This document shows positions 9,779-18,297 of a stretch of DNA of 64,000 bases, one piece after another. Position 1 is the stretch's first letter; each line of letters opens with the position of its first letter. The stretch is from Bacteriovoracia bacterium (GTDB taxonomy: Bacteria > Bdellovibrionota > UBA1018 > JBFWNL01). Location: contig JBFWNL010000004.1 of the NCBI GenBank assembly GCA_050251055.1, forward strand, positions 224,001-288,000, in the 5' to 3' direction. Both the position numbers and the translations under genes were made by a program. The notes below the pieces were generated by a model. It had not been told where the DNA came from. It saw only the letters and a list, made by a program, of their open reading frames with translations, and made no database searches.

Positions 9779-9811
9779 GGCTTTTGCCTCCTTTCATTTG
9801 ATTGACGTTTT

Positions 9812-11308
9812 TCATTTACGCACCAGATTCGCAATTTGAACGTCCTGGTACGAAAAGTCCCAAAACTTCACACTCATATTTTCCGAGTTCTTCACGGATA
9901 GCCCTCGGCGGTACCAGGTGGTGAACACGGGATAGAACAAAGGAATCGCAGGAATATCTGCAAAGAAAGTATCTTCCATTTGGTGTAGCACTCTGAGCTG
10001 GTGATCTTTCGCCGTTTGGTTCTCATAATCAATGAGCAAACGATTGAGCGTAGGACTGTAATAGCCAGAAAACTTTTCAATTATTCTTCCGAGGTAGCCA
10101 TCAAAGGTCGTAGATGGGTCAAAATTAATCGGAGAATCACCTTTCAGGATCATATGGAGATGACCCTCGCGAAATCCGCGAAGTACATCGTTAAATGGTA
10201 GAAACTGAACCTGGAGGTTTAGGCCGATGTCTTTGAACCGACCAACAAGGTATTTTTCAACCGCCATGTTCCCTTTAAATTTTTCTCGCGCGCCTAAAAC
10301 GACATTGCGTTCTTGAAGCGTCGTATTTTTTTCGATTAAAGCTCTCGCCATTTCAAGATCGATAAGATGACGTTTCTCGCGATGGCCCACATATCCACGC
10401 GGAATCATGCCGCCAGCGGGAATATCTTCTCCTCCTGCATATTCATGGAAAGCAATCGGATCGATGACGCTTGCGACAGCAAGCCGATTTTCCTTTTTCC
10501 GAAATATGCCGTGTTTGAAAGAAAAGACTAGAGCGTAAGTTCCAGCAATTTTCTGACTGTAAGAAAGTCCTTTCGGTAAAACCGATCGATTAACCTGTGA
10601 TTCAACGTCCGTAATCGTATCGAGCTCTTCCTTCAAGAACTTATTGATGGCTGTTTCAGAGTCTAATTTTTGGTAAATGATCTTTTGGAACTTCGCTCGC
10701 GCATCAAATCGTTCAGCGATGATTTGATCATCTCCAATTCGCACGATCTTGTAAGGACCGGTTCCCAAATAGTTCCCGTCCATCTTTTTAACGATGCAGC
10801 CCTTAGCGCTTGCCAATTTTTTCATTAGCAAAGGATAGTTCTTATTTTGAATCCGAATAACAAATCGAGAGTCATCGAGTGTTTGAAATCCATCACATGA
10901 TGTGCGTTGTATGCAGCCCCCAAGAGCCTTGAATTGTGAAAGGATTTCGTTTTTGTTTTTGAAAGCTTCAAGAATTGAATTTAGGACGTCTTGCGATCGA
11001 ACTGGAGAACCGTCATGAAACCGCTTGTTTCTATCAATCTCGAATTCAATCTCATTCGTCTCACGGCGAATTGTCCAACGAGAAGCAACCTCGGGGATGG
11101 GCGAAAGACTTTCATCCACGCCAACCAGGTGCTCAAATACATTATCAATCACCTTATTCGCATTGATTTCGTTCCCGCGCTTAAGCTCAAGATCGGGAAT
11201 CGCCGTAATCGGCACTCTAAGTACCGTGTTCGATGACACGGAATCGTTTTCCTGCGTACAGGCAGAAAATATTCCTATTGCTAAAGAAAAAAACAGAAGT
11301 AAGCGCAT
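9812..11308 (-). CDS. Orphan family-5 (Opp/Dpp-like) solute-binding lipoprotein
   Basis: Lipobox FSAC; FHDGSPVRSQDV, GTGPYKI, PAIPLFY; no permease or ATPase genes nearby. Confidence 0.88.
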   Translation of the reverse strand: MRLLLFFSLAIGIFSACTQENDSVSSNTVLRVPITAIPDLELKRGNEINANKVIDNVFEHLVGVDESLSPIPEVASRWTIRRETNEIEFEIDRNKRFHDGSPVRSQDVLNSILEAFKNKNEILSQFKALGGCIQRTSCDGFQTLDDSRFVIRIQNKNYPLLMKKLASAKGCIVKKMDGNYLGTGPYKIVRIGDDQIIAERFDARAKFQKIIYQKLDSETAINKFLKEELDTITDVESQVNRSVLPKGLSYSQKIAGTYALVFSFKHGIFRKKENRLAVASVIDPIAFHEYAGGEDIPAGGMIPRGYVGHREKRHLIDLEMARALIEKNTTLQERNVVLGAREKFKGNMAVEKYLVGRFKDIGLNLQVQFLPFNDVLRGFREGHLHMILKGDSPINFDPSTTFDGYLGRIIEKFSGYYSPTLNRLLIDYENQTAKDHQLRVLHQMEDTFFADIPAIPLFYPVFTTWYRRGLSVKNSENMSVKFWDFSYQDVQIANLVRK

Positions 11309-11311
11309 AAG

Positions 11312-11530
11312 TTATTCGCCCACCTCTTTGAAATTACATTTGAGTTGACCCCACTTTTCCAAAAGCTGATCGCCTCGACGGCAGGCGAGATTGAGTACAG
11401 TTTCACAATACTCAGGATCGTTGGTTAAGTTGGCACGAACCTGCTCAATCGTTGAAATAATGGAATGAAGATCAGCTTGAAAATCATGAATCATGTCTTC
11501 TGCTGAGAGTTTATTTTTCGCCATCATCAC
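11312..11530 (-). CDS. 72-aa stand-alone HisKA/DHp-like protein, putative phosphotransfer or connector
   Basis: EDMIHDFQADLHSIISTIE resembles an H-box helix; translationally coupled to the regulator. Confidence 0.55.
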   Translation of the reverse strand: MMMAKNKLSAEDMIHDFQADLHSIISTIEQVRANLTNDPEYCETVLNLACRRGDQLLEKWGQLKCNFKEVGE

Positions 11531-12897
11531 AACTCGGCCTCCTTCAATTCATCGAGAAGACTGGTAACCTTCTTTTGTGAATAACCTAAGTGCCGCATGA
11601 GAGGACGAATGGGACGATCCTTCCCAAGCTTTCTCCGGAAATGATCTGCAACTTCTTTCTCCAGTTCAGCGAGAAACGCTTTAAGACCAACCTCTTCGAC
11701 GTACTTGATCTGTCGTTCGGTCAGGAGATTGTAAGCATGCTTGCCCGGATATGAGTTTGTTGCAATTTTATGAGGAAGATCTTCAACAGAAAATACAGGC
11801 TTTTTTGTTTTCGCTTTGGACTTCCAAAATTCAAAAAATTCTCTCTCGTTACCCGGCCAATCGTATTCGAGCAGCGCTTTCTTAGCACTTGGTCGGATCG
11901 CCATTCCACGGCCTTCTCCAAAATTCTTCTGCACATGATTAAGGAGAAGTTCAATATCCTGGCGACGTTCTTTGAGCGGTTTGAACTTTACCGTGACCCC
12001 CGAGATGCGATTAAAGAAATCTTCACGAAATTGTTTAGCAGAAATTTTTTCGTGTAATTCTTCGCATGTCGCCGTGATGAGCTTGAAATCAGAATAAAGT
12101 CGCTCGTTTGATCCAACAGGTGAGAAATGTCCGTTTGCCAATGGAACAAGAAGAGTGTGTTGCATACGAGTGCCAATCGTTCCGATTTCGTCAATAAAGA
12201 GCGTTCCTTGATCAGCCTGCGCAATTTTTCCGATTCGCTTTTTATGTGCTCCCGTGAAAGCGCCGTCGACATGCCCAAGCAATTCGGATTGCAGCAATGT
12301 ATCGGACAAACTATTCGCGTTGATTTCGACAAAGCGATCCTTATGACCGTGCCATCCTTCATGCAATATTTCGGCTAAAACGCTTTTGCCTACGCCGGAA
12401 GGACCCGTGATGAGAATAGGTAACTTTTTAATTCCCATGCTCTCGACAAGAATATCAAACTGCTGAAGATGATCGGGGTCTTGGGTAATCATCTTTTGAG
12501 CAATGAGTTTACGAAGTCTCGTCTTCTGTGATGAACCACGATAGTTCAAAAGAATTTCATCAACGGCTGTGGCCTTAAAAGGTTTCGTTAAATAGTCATC
12601 GCATTCTTTTCCGTATCCTTCTTCCACATAAGCTTCTTCGCGATGGCCCGAAAGAATAACGCTGTAAACGCCCTTCTTCTTGAGAAGCGGAATCAGATCG
12701 AAACCGGCTCTTCGTTCATCGAGATCAAGATCAACGAACGAAAGATCGAACTGTCCGTTTGAAATTTTGTCGAGAGCCTGAGCCTTGGAGGCAGCCTGTT
12801 GAATTTCGTGACCTTGATTAGAAAGCTGCTTCGCAAGATTGTGTCGATGCAGATCATCATCTTCGACAACTAAAATTTTTAACGACGATTGTTTCAC
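11527..12897 (-). CDS. NtrC-family sigma54-dependent response regulator
   Basis: Receiver (VVEDD, FVDLDL, KPF), Walker A GPSGVGKS, intact GAFTGA, FIDEIG, WPGNERE. Confidence 0.93.
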   Translation of the reverse strand: MKQSSLKILVVEDDDLHRHNLAKQLSNQGHEIQQAASKAQALDKISNGQFDLSFVDLDLDERRAGFDLIPLLKKKGVYSVILSGHREEAYVEEGYGKECDDYLTKPFKATAVDEILLNYRGSSQKTRLRKLIAQKMITQDPDHLQQFDILVESMGIKKLPILITGPSGVGKSVLAEILHEGWHGHKDRFVEINANSLSDTLLQSELLGHVDGAFTGAHKKRIGKIAQADQGTLFIDEIGTIGTRMQHTLLVPLANGHFSPVGSNERLYSDFKLITATCEELHEKISAKQFREDFFNRISGVTVKFKPLKERRQDIELLLNHVQKNFGEGRGMAIRPSAKKALLEYDWPGNEREFFEFWKSKAKTKKPVFSVEDLPHKIATNSYPGKHAYNLLTERQIKYVEEVGLKAFLAELEKEVADHFRRKLGKDRPIRPLMRHLGYSQKKVTSLLDELKEAEL

Positions 12898-12958
12898 TAC
12901 TCAGACACTCCAAACTTTCGATTACGCGTAGCACAAAATTTTTAGTCTCCAAAATAAA

Positions 12959-12992
12959 TTCGTATCACTACACGTATTACTAGTGATACGAA
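12959..12992. promoter_or_regulatory. Palindromic operator / enhancer candidate
   Basis: TTCGTATCACTA-N10-TAGTGATACGAA perfect 12-bp inverted repeat with a third CGTATTACTA half-site inside. Confidence 0.7.
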
Positions 12993-13098
12993 ATCGAGCA
13001 TCCGCAAACCCGCATTCTATCTGACTCAGAGAAGACAAGATCATGAATCTACAGACTTTTTAAGAAGTTGTGGCTTCGACCAGCATCACTTTTCTTGC

Positions 13099-13115
13099 TC
13101 GGCATAAAAAATGCG
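13099..13115 (+). promoter_or_regulatory. Putative sigma54 -24/-12 promoter for the regulator/transfer genes
   Basis: TCGGCATAAAAAATGCG, GG-N10-GC, about 110 bp downstream of the palindrome. Confidence 0.6.
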
Positions 13116-13159
13116 ATTGACTCCCTTTGTGTCGAAAAAAATCAAAAGGAGTAAGAGCA

Positions 13160-13369
13160 ATGGAACTTCAATACGGACAAACCAAAAATCAGAACCAGAT
13201 CAAGAAACCCTCGGACATTTTCAAACACTGTCCTCACTGCAAAAGTCGCGACCAATTTCGATTTGATGGCGAAGTCTTTTGCAATTCGTGCGGATGGAAC
13301 AGTGTCCTTGTGAGTGCGGAGTGTTCCTACGGTGTCGCTTCTCGAATGAGAAAGCCACTTCCATCATAA
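13160..13369 (+). CDS. Small zinc-ribbon protein
   Basis: CPHC...CNSC; RBS AAAGGAG before ATG 13160. Confidence 0.65.
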   Translation: MELQYGQTKNQNQIKKPSDIFKHCPHCKSRDQFRFDGEVFCNSCGWNSVLVSAECSYGVASRMRKPLPS

Positions 13370-13390
13370 GCCGCACGCACTTCACCTTTC

Positions 13391-13424
13391 ACTAAATAGG
13401 GAAAACAACAGTCAGTACAGACAG
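13391..13424 (-). repeat. Left copy of a 34-bp inverted repeat flanking the sigma-4 gene
   Basis: 26/34 identical (16/17 in the core) to the reverse complement of 14021-14054. Confidence 0.7.
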
Positions 13425-13451
13425 TGGTCATCAGACCTAAGGAGCTAATGC

Positions 13452-13988
13452 GTGAAAAATAATGATCAATTTCATAACTCGAAAATAAACCAAACAGACA
13501 TTCCATGGAAAGACGCGAACGGAAATCTAAAACCAGATAAAGAAATTAAAAAAATGGCAGCCCAGTGGAAAGCGTCTACTTGGGAGGCTTTTTTGGCAGA
13601 CACTGGAATGTCAGAAAACATTGGAAGTGATACTGAAAACGAAGTTTTGATAGCAGATACTGCGGGCTACGAAAGATTTTCTGCGGATGAATCCCTTAGC
13701 AGTCTTTTATCCGACATCGAATCTTTCCCAAGAGTCGCGAAAAGCTTAAAGAAAGCAATCTCGAAACTTTCTCCTCGGCAAAAGGAACTCGTCGGGCTGT
13801 ATTATTGGGAAGGTCTCTCACAGATGCAAATTGCTGCCACTCTTGGGATCACCCAGCAGACAGTAAGCATCCAACTCGTCCGAGCCATTCAGAGACTGCG
13901 CATCGAGATATTTCTCGGAATCAAATCTGACTCGCCGGCGCCTGAAAAATCTCAATCCGAGCATTCTGTCTGTATGCAAATTGGATAA
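13452..13988 (+). CDS. Sigma-70 region 4-like HTH protein
   Basis: LSPRQKELVGLYYWEGLSQMQIAATLGITQQTVSIQLVRAIQRLR; RBS AAGGAG. Confidence 0.85.
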   Translation: MKNNDQFHNSKINQTDIPWKDANGNLKPDKEIKKMAAQWKASTWEAFLADTGMSENIGSDTENEVLIADTAGYERFSADESLSSLLSDIESFPRVAKSLKKAISKLSPRQKELVGLYYWEGLSQMQIAATLGITQQTVSIQLVRAIQRLRIEIFLGIKSDSPAPEKSQSEHSVCMQIG

Positions 13989-14020
13989 GAGAAATAATTC
14001 CAACGAGTTGGGTGGTGGGC

Positions 14021-14054
14021 CTGTCTGTACAGACTGTGCATTCCCCCTATTAGT
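14021..14054 (+). repeat. Right copy of the 34-bp inverted repeat, possible promoter for a sigma-like factor
   Basis: CTGTCTGTACAGACTGTGCATTCCCCCTATTAGT, enclosed by a stem (about 14006-14022 with 14057-14074). Confidence 0.7.
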
Positions 14055-14093
14055 AGAGGCCCATCACTTCAACTTCAAATCAGAGGAGACTCA

Positions 14094-14264
14094 ATGTCAC
14101 CAAAACAAAAATTGAAGGCGCAAATTCAAGCGTGGATGAGAAAGCTTAAACGCAGTCTTGCAAATGAACAAAAAGCTCATATCTATGCTCACGTACAAGA
14201 CTTTCGAACTTACAAGGATGAGTTAATCAGCAAATACTACCACCTTCTTCCGAGAAATTTTTAA
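14094..14264 (+). CDS. 56-aa basic hypothetical protein (below ORF-track cutoff)
   Basis: GAGGAG RBS; MSPKQKLKAQIQAWMRKL...; stop abuts the next GTG. Confidence 0.6.
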   Translation: MSPKQKLKAQIQAWMRKLKRSLANEQKAHIYAHVQDFRTYKDELISKYYHLLPRNF

Positions 14265-14648
14265 GTGCGGATGTCTTTACCCTGGGCGGAGGAGATCGCA
14301 ACAGACCCCAGAAAAATCCAAGAGCTGATCGAAAATAAAGCTTTGGAAGATTGGTATTCAGAACATTCAGGAGAGTCAAAAGTGCGGAAAGTCGACGATT
14401 CTACATTCAGTTTCCTTTCGAATGAAAAACGCAGAATTCGAAAATTCATTTCCAAGCTTTCGGATGTGGAGCAAGTCATCGTGTATTTACGCTATTGGGA
14501 AAATCTCATGACGATCGAAATCGCATCCGTTGTAGGACTTTCTGAAAATAAAATTCATGACCTTTTAGAGCGTGCCATAAAGAAACTTAGAATTTTTTAC
14601 ATTCAGGAATTGAGCAGAGTGCAAGCCACAGCGCTTGCCTGCGTATGA
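14265..14648 (+). CDS. Second sigma-70 region 4-like HTH protein
   Basis: LSDVEQVIVYLRYWENLMTIEIASVVGLSENKIHDLLERAIKKLR. Confidence 0.8.
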   Translation: MRMSLPWAEEIATDPRKIQELIENKALEDWYSEHSGESKVRKVDDSTFSFLSNEKRRIRKFISKLSDVEQVIVYLRYWENLMTIEIASVVGLSENKIHDLLERAIKKLRIFYIQELSRVQATALACV

Positions 14649-14703
14649 AGGACACTTACATTTTTATTCATCAACAGAATTTTAATTCAAAGGATTTTAA
14701 TTA

Positions 14704-15072
14704 ATGGAAAATACCGAACAACGAAATGATCGTGGACATGAACTTTTTTGGATGAACCCCGTGACGGGAAAACGCCTTCATGCAGGCAAAGCTTTTTATG
14801 ATGAGAAGTTTTGCGAATATCGACTCAAAATCGATGAAGCCTCTGAAGAGAAACAATATTATTTGAAACCCATCGGCCTCATCAACGACGAGCTTCGCTA
14901 TCGCTTAGAACAGGTCATCAAAAAGGGCGGAAAGTTTCATCACCGCGAAGAAAAGGGAGATGGGAAAAGTAGCGATGCCACCGGAGGCGAAGTCTATATC
15001 GATTTTGGCTCCAGCATGAAAGTGCTCGTGCTCAGTTTCAATCCCCATTCCAAGAGAAAGGACGTTGCTTAA
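14704..15072 (+). CDS. Hypothetical ICE protein
   Basis: 122-aa ORF with RBS at the head of the transfer genes. Confidence 0.6.
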   Translation: MENTEQRNDRGHELFWMNPVTGKRLHAGKAFYDEKFCEYRLKIDEASEEKQYYLKPIGLINDELRYRLEQVIKKGGKFHHREEKGDGKSSDATGGEVYIDFGSSMKVLVLSFNPHSKRKDVA

Positions 15073-15077
15073 AAAAC

Positions 15078-15380
15078 ATGACCAAGTCCACATACGGTTG
15101 GGTTTTTATGATCGGATTTATCGGAATGCTTTCACTGATGCTCTTAAGTGAGCCTGCGATGGCGTTTGGCTTTGAAAGTAAAATGCAAAATCTCACAGGC
15201 CAGCTCATCAATACGGTGCTGCCTTTAATGTCGATTCTAGGTCTTGTGTACGCAGCGATTCTCGCGCTTTCGGGCGATGCCGCTGCCAAAGCAAAAATCA
15301 TTACGGTGATCGCTGTCTCTGTGGTCGGGTTTCTCGCTCCCGCCATCATTCAGTGGTTACAACGCGCGACGGGTAACTAA
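15078..15380 (+). CDS. VirB2/TrbC-like pilin
   Basis: Signal peptide ending PAMA, then two hydrophobic helices; lies before VirB3/VirB4-like genes. Confidence 0.75.
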   Translation: MTKSTYGWVFMIGFIGMLSLMLLSEPAMAFGFESKMQNLTGQLINTVLPLMSILGLVYAAILALSGDAAAKAKIITVIAVSVVGFLAPAIIQWLQRATGN

Positions 15381-15698
15381 ATGGAAGAACTTCGTAGTTC
15401 GACAATTCATCGAAATCTCGATTCCAAAATCAAGATCGTGGGCATGGAGGTCCACGATCTCCTTTTGGTTTTGATTTTAGCAGCGACCATGAATCTTCTT
15501 TTTGGAAGAACGAGTTTCGCTTTTATTTTTGTGATCGTTCTTCCAGGAATTTTGGGACTCACACTTTATTTTGTGAAACGAAATAAGCCCGAAGGCTTTT
15601 TATCAGACTACGTTCGCTATCATCTTTCGCCCGGTTGGTTTTCGGCAGGAATGAATGTCAAAGATTTCGAAACTAGACCAAGGAAAATTTATTCATGA
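15381..15698 (+). CDS. VirB3-like membrane protein
   Basis: Two TMs, KRNKPEGFL; between pilin and VirB4. Confidence 0.65.
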   Translation: MEELRSSTIHRNLDSKIKIVGMEVHDLLLVLILAATMNLLFGRTSFAFIFVIVLPGILGLTLYFVKRNKPEGFLSDYVRYHLSPGWFSAGMNVKDFETRPRKIYS

Positions 15699-15868
15699 AC
15701 GAAATGATTCCAACGAAATTTAAGTTCGATGGTTTGAAAACAAAGTGCTTCGAGATCCTTTCCTTTGTGCCCATCGTGCTTTGTTTTCTAGGTTGGCTCG
15801 CTCTCGTCATCGGCTTCTTTATGGAGGCCTCGAAATTCGTAGAACTTCAGCAGGGACTTCCGCGATGA
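15695..15868 (+). CDS. 57-aa single-TM protein (below ORF-track cutoff)
   Basis: MNEMIPTKF...ILSFVPIVLCFLGWLALVIGFF...; ATGA overlaps at both ends. Confidence 0.55.
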   Translation: MNEMIPTKFKFDGLKTKCFEILSFVPIVLCFLGWLALVIGFFMEASKFVELQQGLPR

Positions 15869-18297
15869 ATTTTACATCACGCGCCTTAGCGGACCGGATT
15901 CCGCTTTGGCATTTTGAAGGGAATTCCGCTGTATTTTCGGACGGCTCACTCGGAGCAGGCTTCAAACTCAAAGGTTTTGATGCCAGTGTTTCCGGCGTTG
16001 AAAGTTTTAATCAATTTGCTTTTGCGCTTGAAAACCTCATTCATACGGCTAGGGAAGGTTTGACGTTACAGCTTTATTACAAGGTGGGTCATGATGTCTC
16101 ACTTCTTCTCCATAAACACGAGGAGCTAACAGGATCAAAAGAAGGGGCCTATCAAGAAGTGGCGTACGCTCGTTTTGAAGATCTTCAAGCGAGAGCCAAG
16201 CAAGGAAAATTCTTTCAGGCGGATATTTATCTTTTTATTCGCAGTGAGGGCCAAAAATATCAGAAGAAGAAATTTTGGGAGGCTGAAAAGAAGTTTATTG
16301 CGCTGACTCAAAAGCAATTTTTAGAACAAAAAGAAAAATTTGAGCGCGATCTAAAACAAATGGAATCGTCTCTGACTCAGGCTGGCTTAGAACCGATCGC
16401 TCTGAATGCGCGAACATGGGTCCGTCTTTTGTTTGATTCGCTGAATCCGGGCCGCGCGGATAAAATTGGATATCCTCAGTTCAACTTCGAGGATGAAGTT
16501 TTTCCTCAACCCATTTCGCAGCAAATTCTTTTGTCGGATGTGATCGTCAACGAAGAAAGCGTTCAGATTAACGAAGAGCATTTAAAGTGCTTGAGTCTCA
16601 AAACTCTTCCCGAGGCGAAGTCTACGATTGGCATGGTGCTTCCACTTCTGGAATTGCCCTTTGCGTATGAAATCTCCCAAACCATCAAAATTTGCGATCA
16701 GAAGAGAGAAATCGATAAACTCCACGTTCAAAGGCGTGTCACGCATTCCTTTGCGAGTGGTTCCGGAAAAATGAGTGATTTGGAGTCCGAATCAAAACTC
16801 GGACACATCGAGGAACTTATTCGTGAGCTGTTAGAAGGCTCCGAAAAAATTGTGGCTTCGAGTGTCAATGTTCTCATCAAAACCAAAGATCGAAATGAGC
16901 TTCAGGAGCGATCCGATGAAGTCTTGAAAGCCTTTCGGTCTGTGAATCAAAGCGAAGGAATCGCAGAAACCCTTGGAACCTTCGATGGTGTTTTAGCATC
17001 GCTTCCAGGCTTGGGGCTCACATTCAGAGATAAGAAAATGAAATCAAGTAACGCGACACACTTGATGTCGCTCTACACCTCATGGGGCGGCAATGCGCGT
17101 CCCATCTGCCTGCTTCCAAATCGCGACGGCGAACTGGTGCGCATCGACCCCTTTGCTTCGAGTCTCCCGAACTGGAATGGCCTTATCTTTGGAGGAAGTG
17201 GTGCGGGAAAAAGTTTTACGATTCTGCATCTCATGCTCATGTTCTATGGGCAAAGGCCAACGCCAAAAATTGTTTGGATTGATAATGGAGCGTCTTCTCA
17301 AAAGCTTCTCGAAGTTTTGGACGGAGAATTCGTTGATCTCAATATTAAATCATCCATCCGAATTAACCCATTTGATTTGGAGCCAGGGCTCGATGCACCA
17401 ACTCCTTCTAAAATCAAACTGATCTTAGCAGTCCTCGAAAGTATTCTGAAAGAAGGTCCGAATACGGGACTTCCCAAGCGGAACAAAGCGCTTTTAGAAG
17501 AAGCTATTTTTCAAATCTATGAAATGAAAAGAGGAGACGTACCGACACTTTCAGATTTGAAAGTCTTTCTGAAGGCTCATTCCAATCTTGAAATGAAAGC
17601 CTATGCGGATACCCTCTTTTCTTGGACGGGAGAAACCGCCTACGGACAAATGCTCGATGGAAAAACGAATATTGCTCTTCAAAAGGATCTGATCACAGTT
17701 GAAACGAAAGGGCTCGATGATTATCCCGATTTGCAAAATGTTTTTCTTTTGCTTTTTACGGATTATATCAAATCAGAAGCATCCCGAGATAAAAGTAGGC
17801 CCTATCTTCTCATTCTCGATGAGGCCTGGAAAATGTTTCAAACGCCAAGTGGACTTCAATTTACGATTGAAGCTTACCGGACGTTTCGAAAATTCTTTGG
17901 AGGAATTTGGTGCATTAGCCAAAATTACAAAGACTTTCTTTTCAATCAGGAAATTAGAAATGCCATTTTTCCGAATACGACGAGCACCTTTGTTTTAAAA
18001 CAGAGAGCGATTGACTGGAAAGATTTTGCGGAAACGCTTCAACTCAATGAAGCAGAGATTGAGGCGATTAAAAGTATCCAGGTAAAAAAAGGGGAATATT
18101 CGGAAATCTTCTTTATGCAAGATACCGGACGATCGATTCTCAGAATCGTTCCTGATCCCTTGGGCTACTATATTTGCACGAGTGATCCCGTCGATAAGAG
18201 TCTTATCGAAGAGCAAAGACAGAAAAATCCAGAGCTTTCACAGCTTGAAGTCTTAAAGCTTCTTGCCAACAAACGAAGGGAACATCTTTATCAATAA
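15865..18297 (+). CDS. virB4: VirB4/TraC-family conjugative ATPase
   Basis: Walker A GGSGAGKS, Walker B LILDEAW, RTFRKF, ISQ; probable start ATG 15865. Confidence 0.92.
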   Translation: MNFTSRALADRIPLWHFEGNSAVFSDGSLGAGFKLKGFDASVSGVESFNQFAFALENLIHTAREGLTLQLYYKVGHDVSLLLHKHEELTGSKEGAYQEVAYARFEDLQARAKQGKFFQADIYLFIRSEGQKYQKKKFWEAEKKFIALTQKQFLEQKEKFERDLKQMESSLTQAGLEPIALNARTWVRLLFDSLNPGRADKIGYPQFNFEDEVFPQPISQQILLSDVIVNEESVQINEEHLKCLSLKTLPEAKSTIGMVLPLLELPFAYEISQTIKICDQKREIDKLHVQRRVTHSFASGSGKMSDLESESKLGHIEELIRELLEGSEKIVASSVNVLIKTKDRNELQERSDEVLKAFRSVNQSEGIAETLGTFDGVLASLPGLGLTFRDKKMKSSNATHLMSLYTSWGGNARPICLLPNRDGELVRIDPFASSLPNWNGLIFGGSGAGKSFTILHLMLMFYGQRPTPKIVWIDNGASSQKLLEVLDGEFVDLNIKSSIRINPFDLEPGLDAPTPSKIKLILAVLESILKEGPNTGLPKRNKALLEEAIFQIYEMKRGDVPTLSDLKVFLKAHSNLEMKAYADTLFSWTGETAYGQMLDGKTNIALQKDLITVETKGLDDYPDLQNVFLLLFTDYIKSEASRDKSRPYLLILDEAWKMFQTPSGLQFTIEAYRTFRKFFGGIWCISQNYKDFLFNQEIRNAIFPNTTSTFVLKQRAIDWKDFAETLQLNEAEIEAIKSIQVKKGEYSEIFFMQDTGRSILRIVPDPLGYYICTSDPVDKSLIEEQRQKNPELSQLEVLKLLANKRREHLYQ

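Noticed and set aside
9690-9815. 42-aa N-terminal extension of the HExxH ORF
   Set aside because: Low-complexity, and it contains a strong RBS and a complete peptide ORF in another frame; ATG 9689 is the more plausible start.
15745-15864. N-terminal extension of VirB4
   Set aside because: Overlaps a coupled 57-aa TM ORF; the ATGA overlap at 15865 marks the likelier start.
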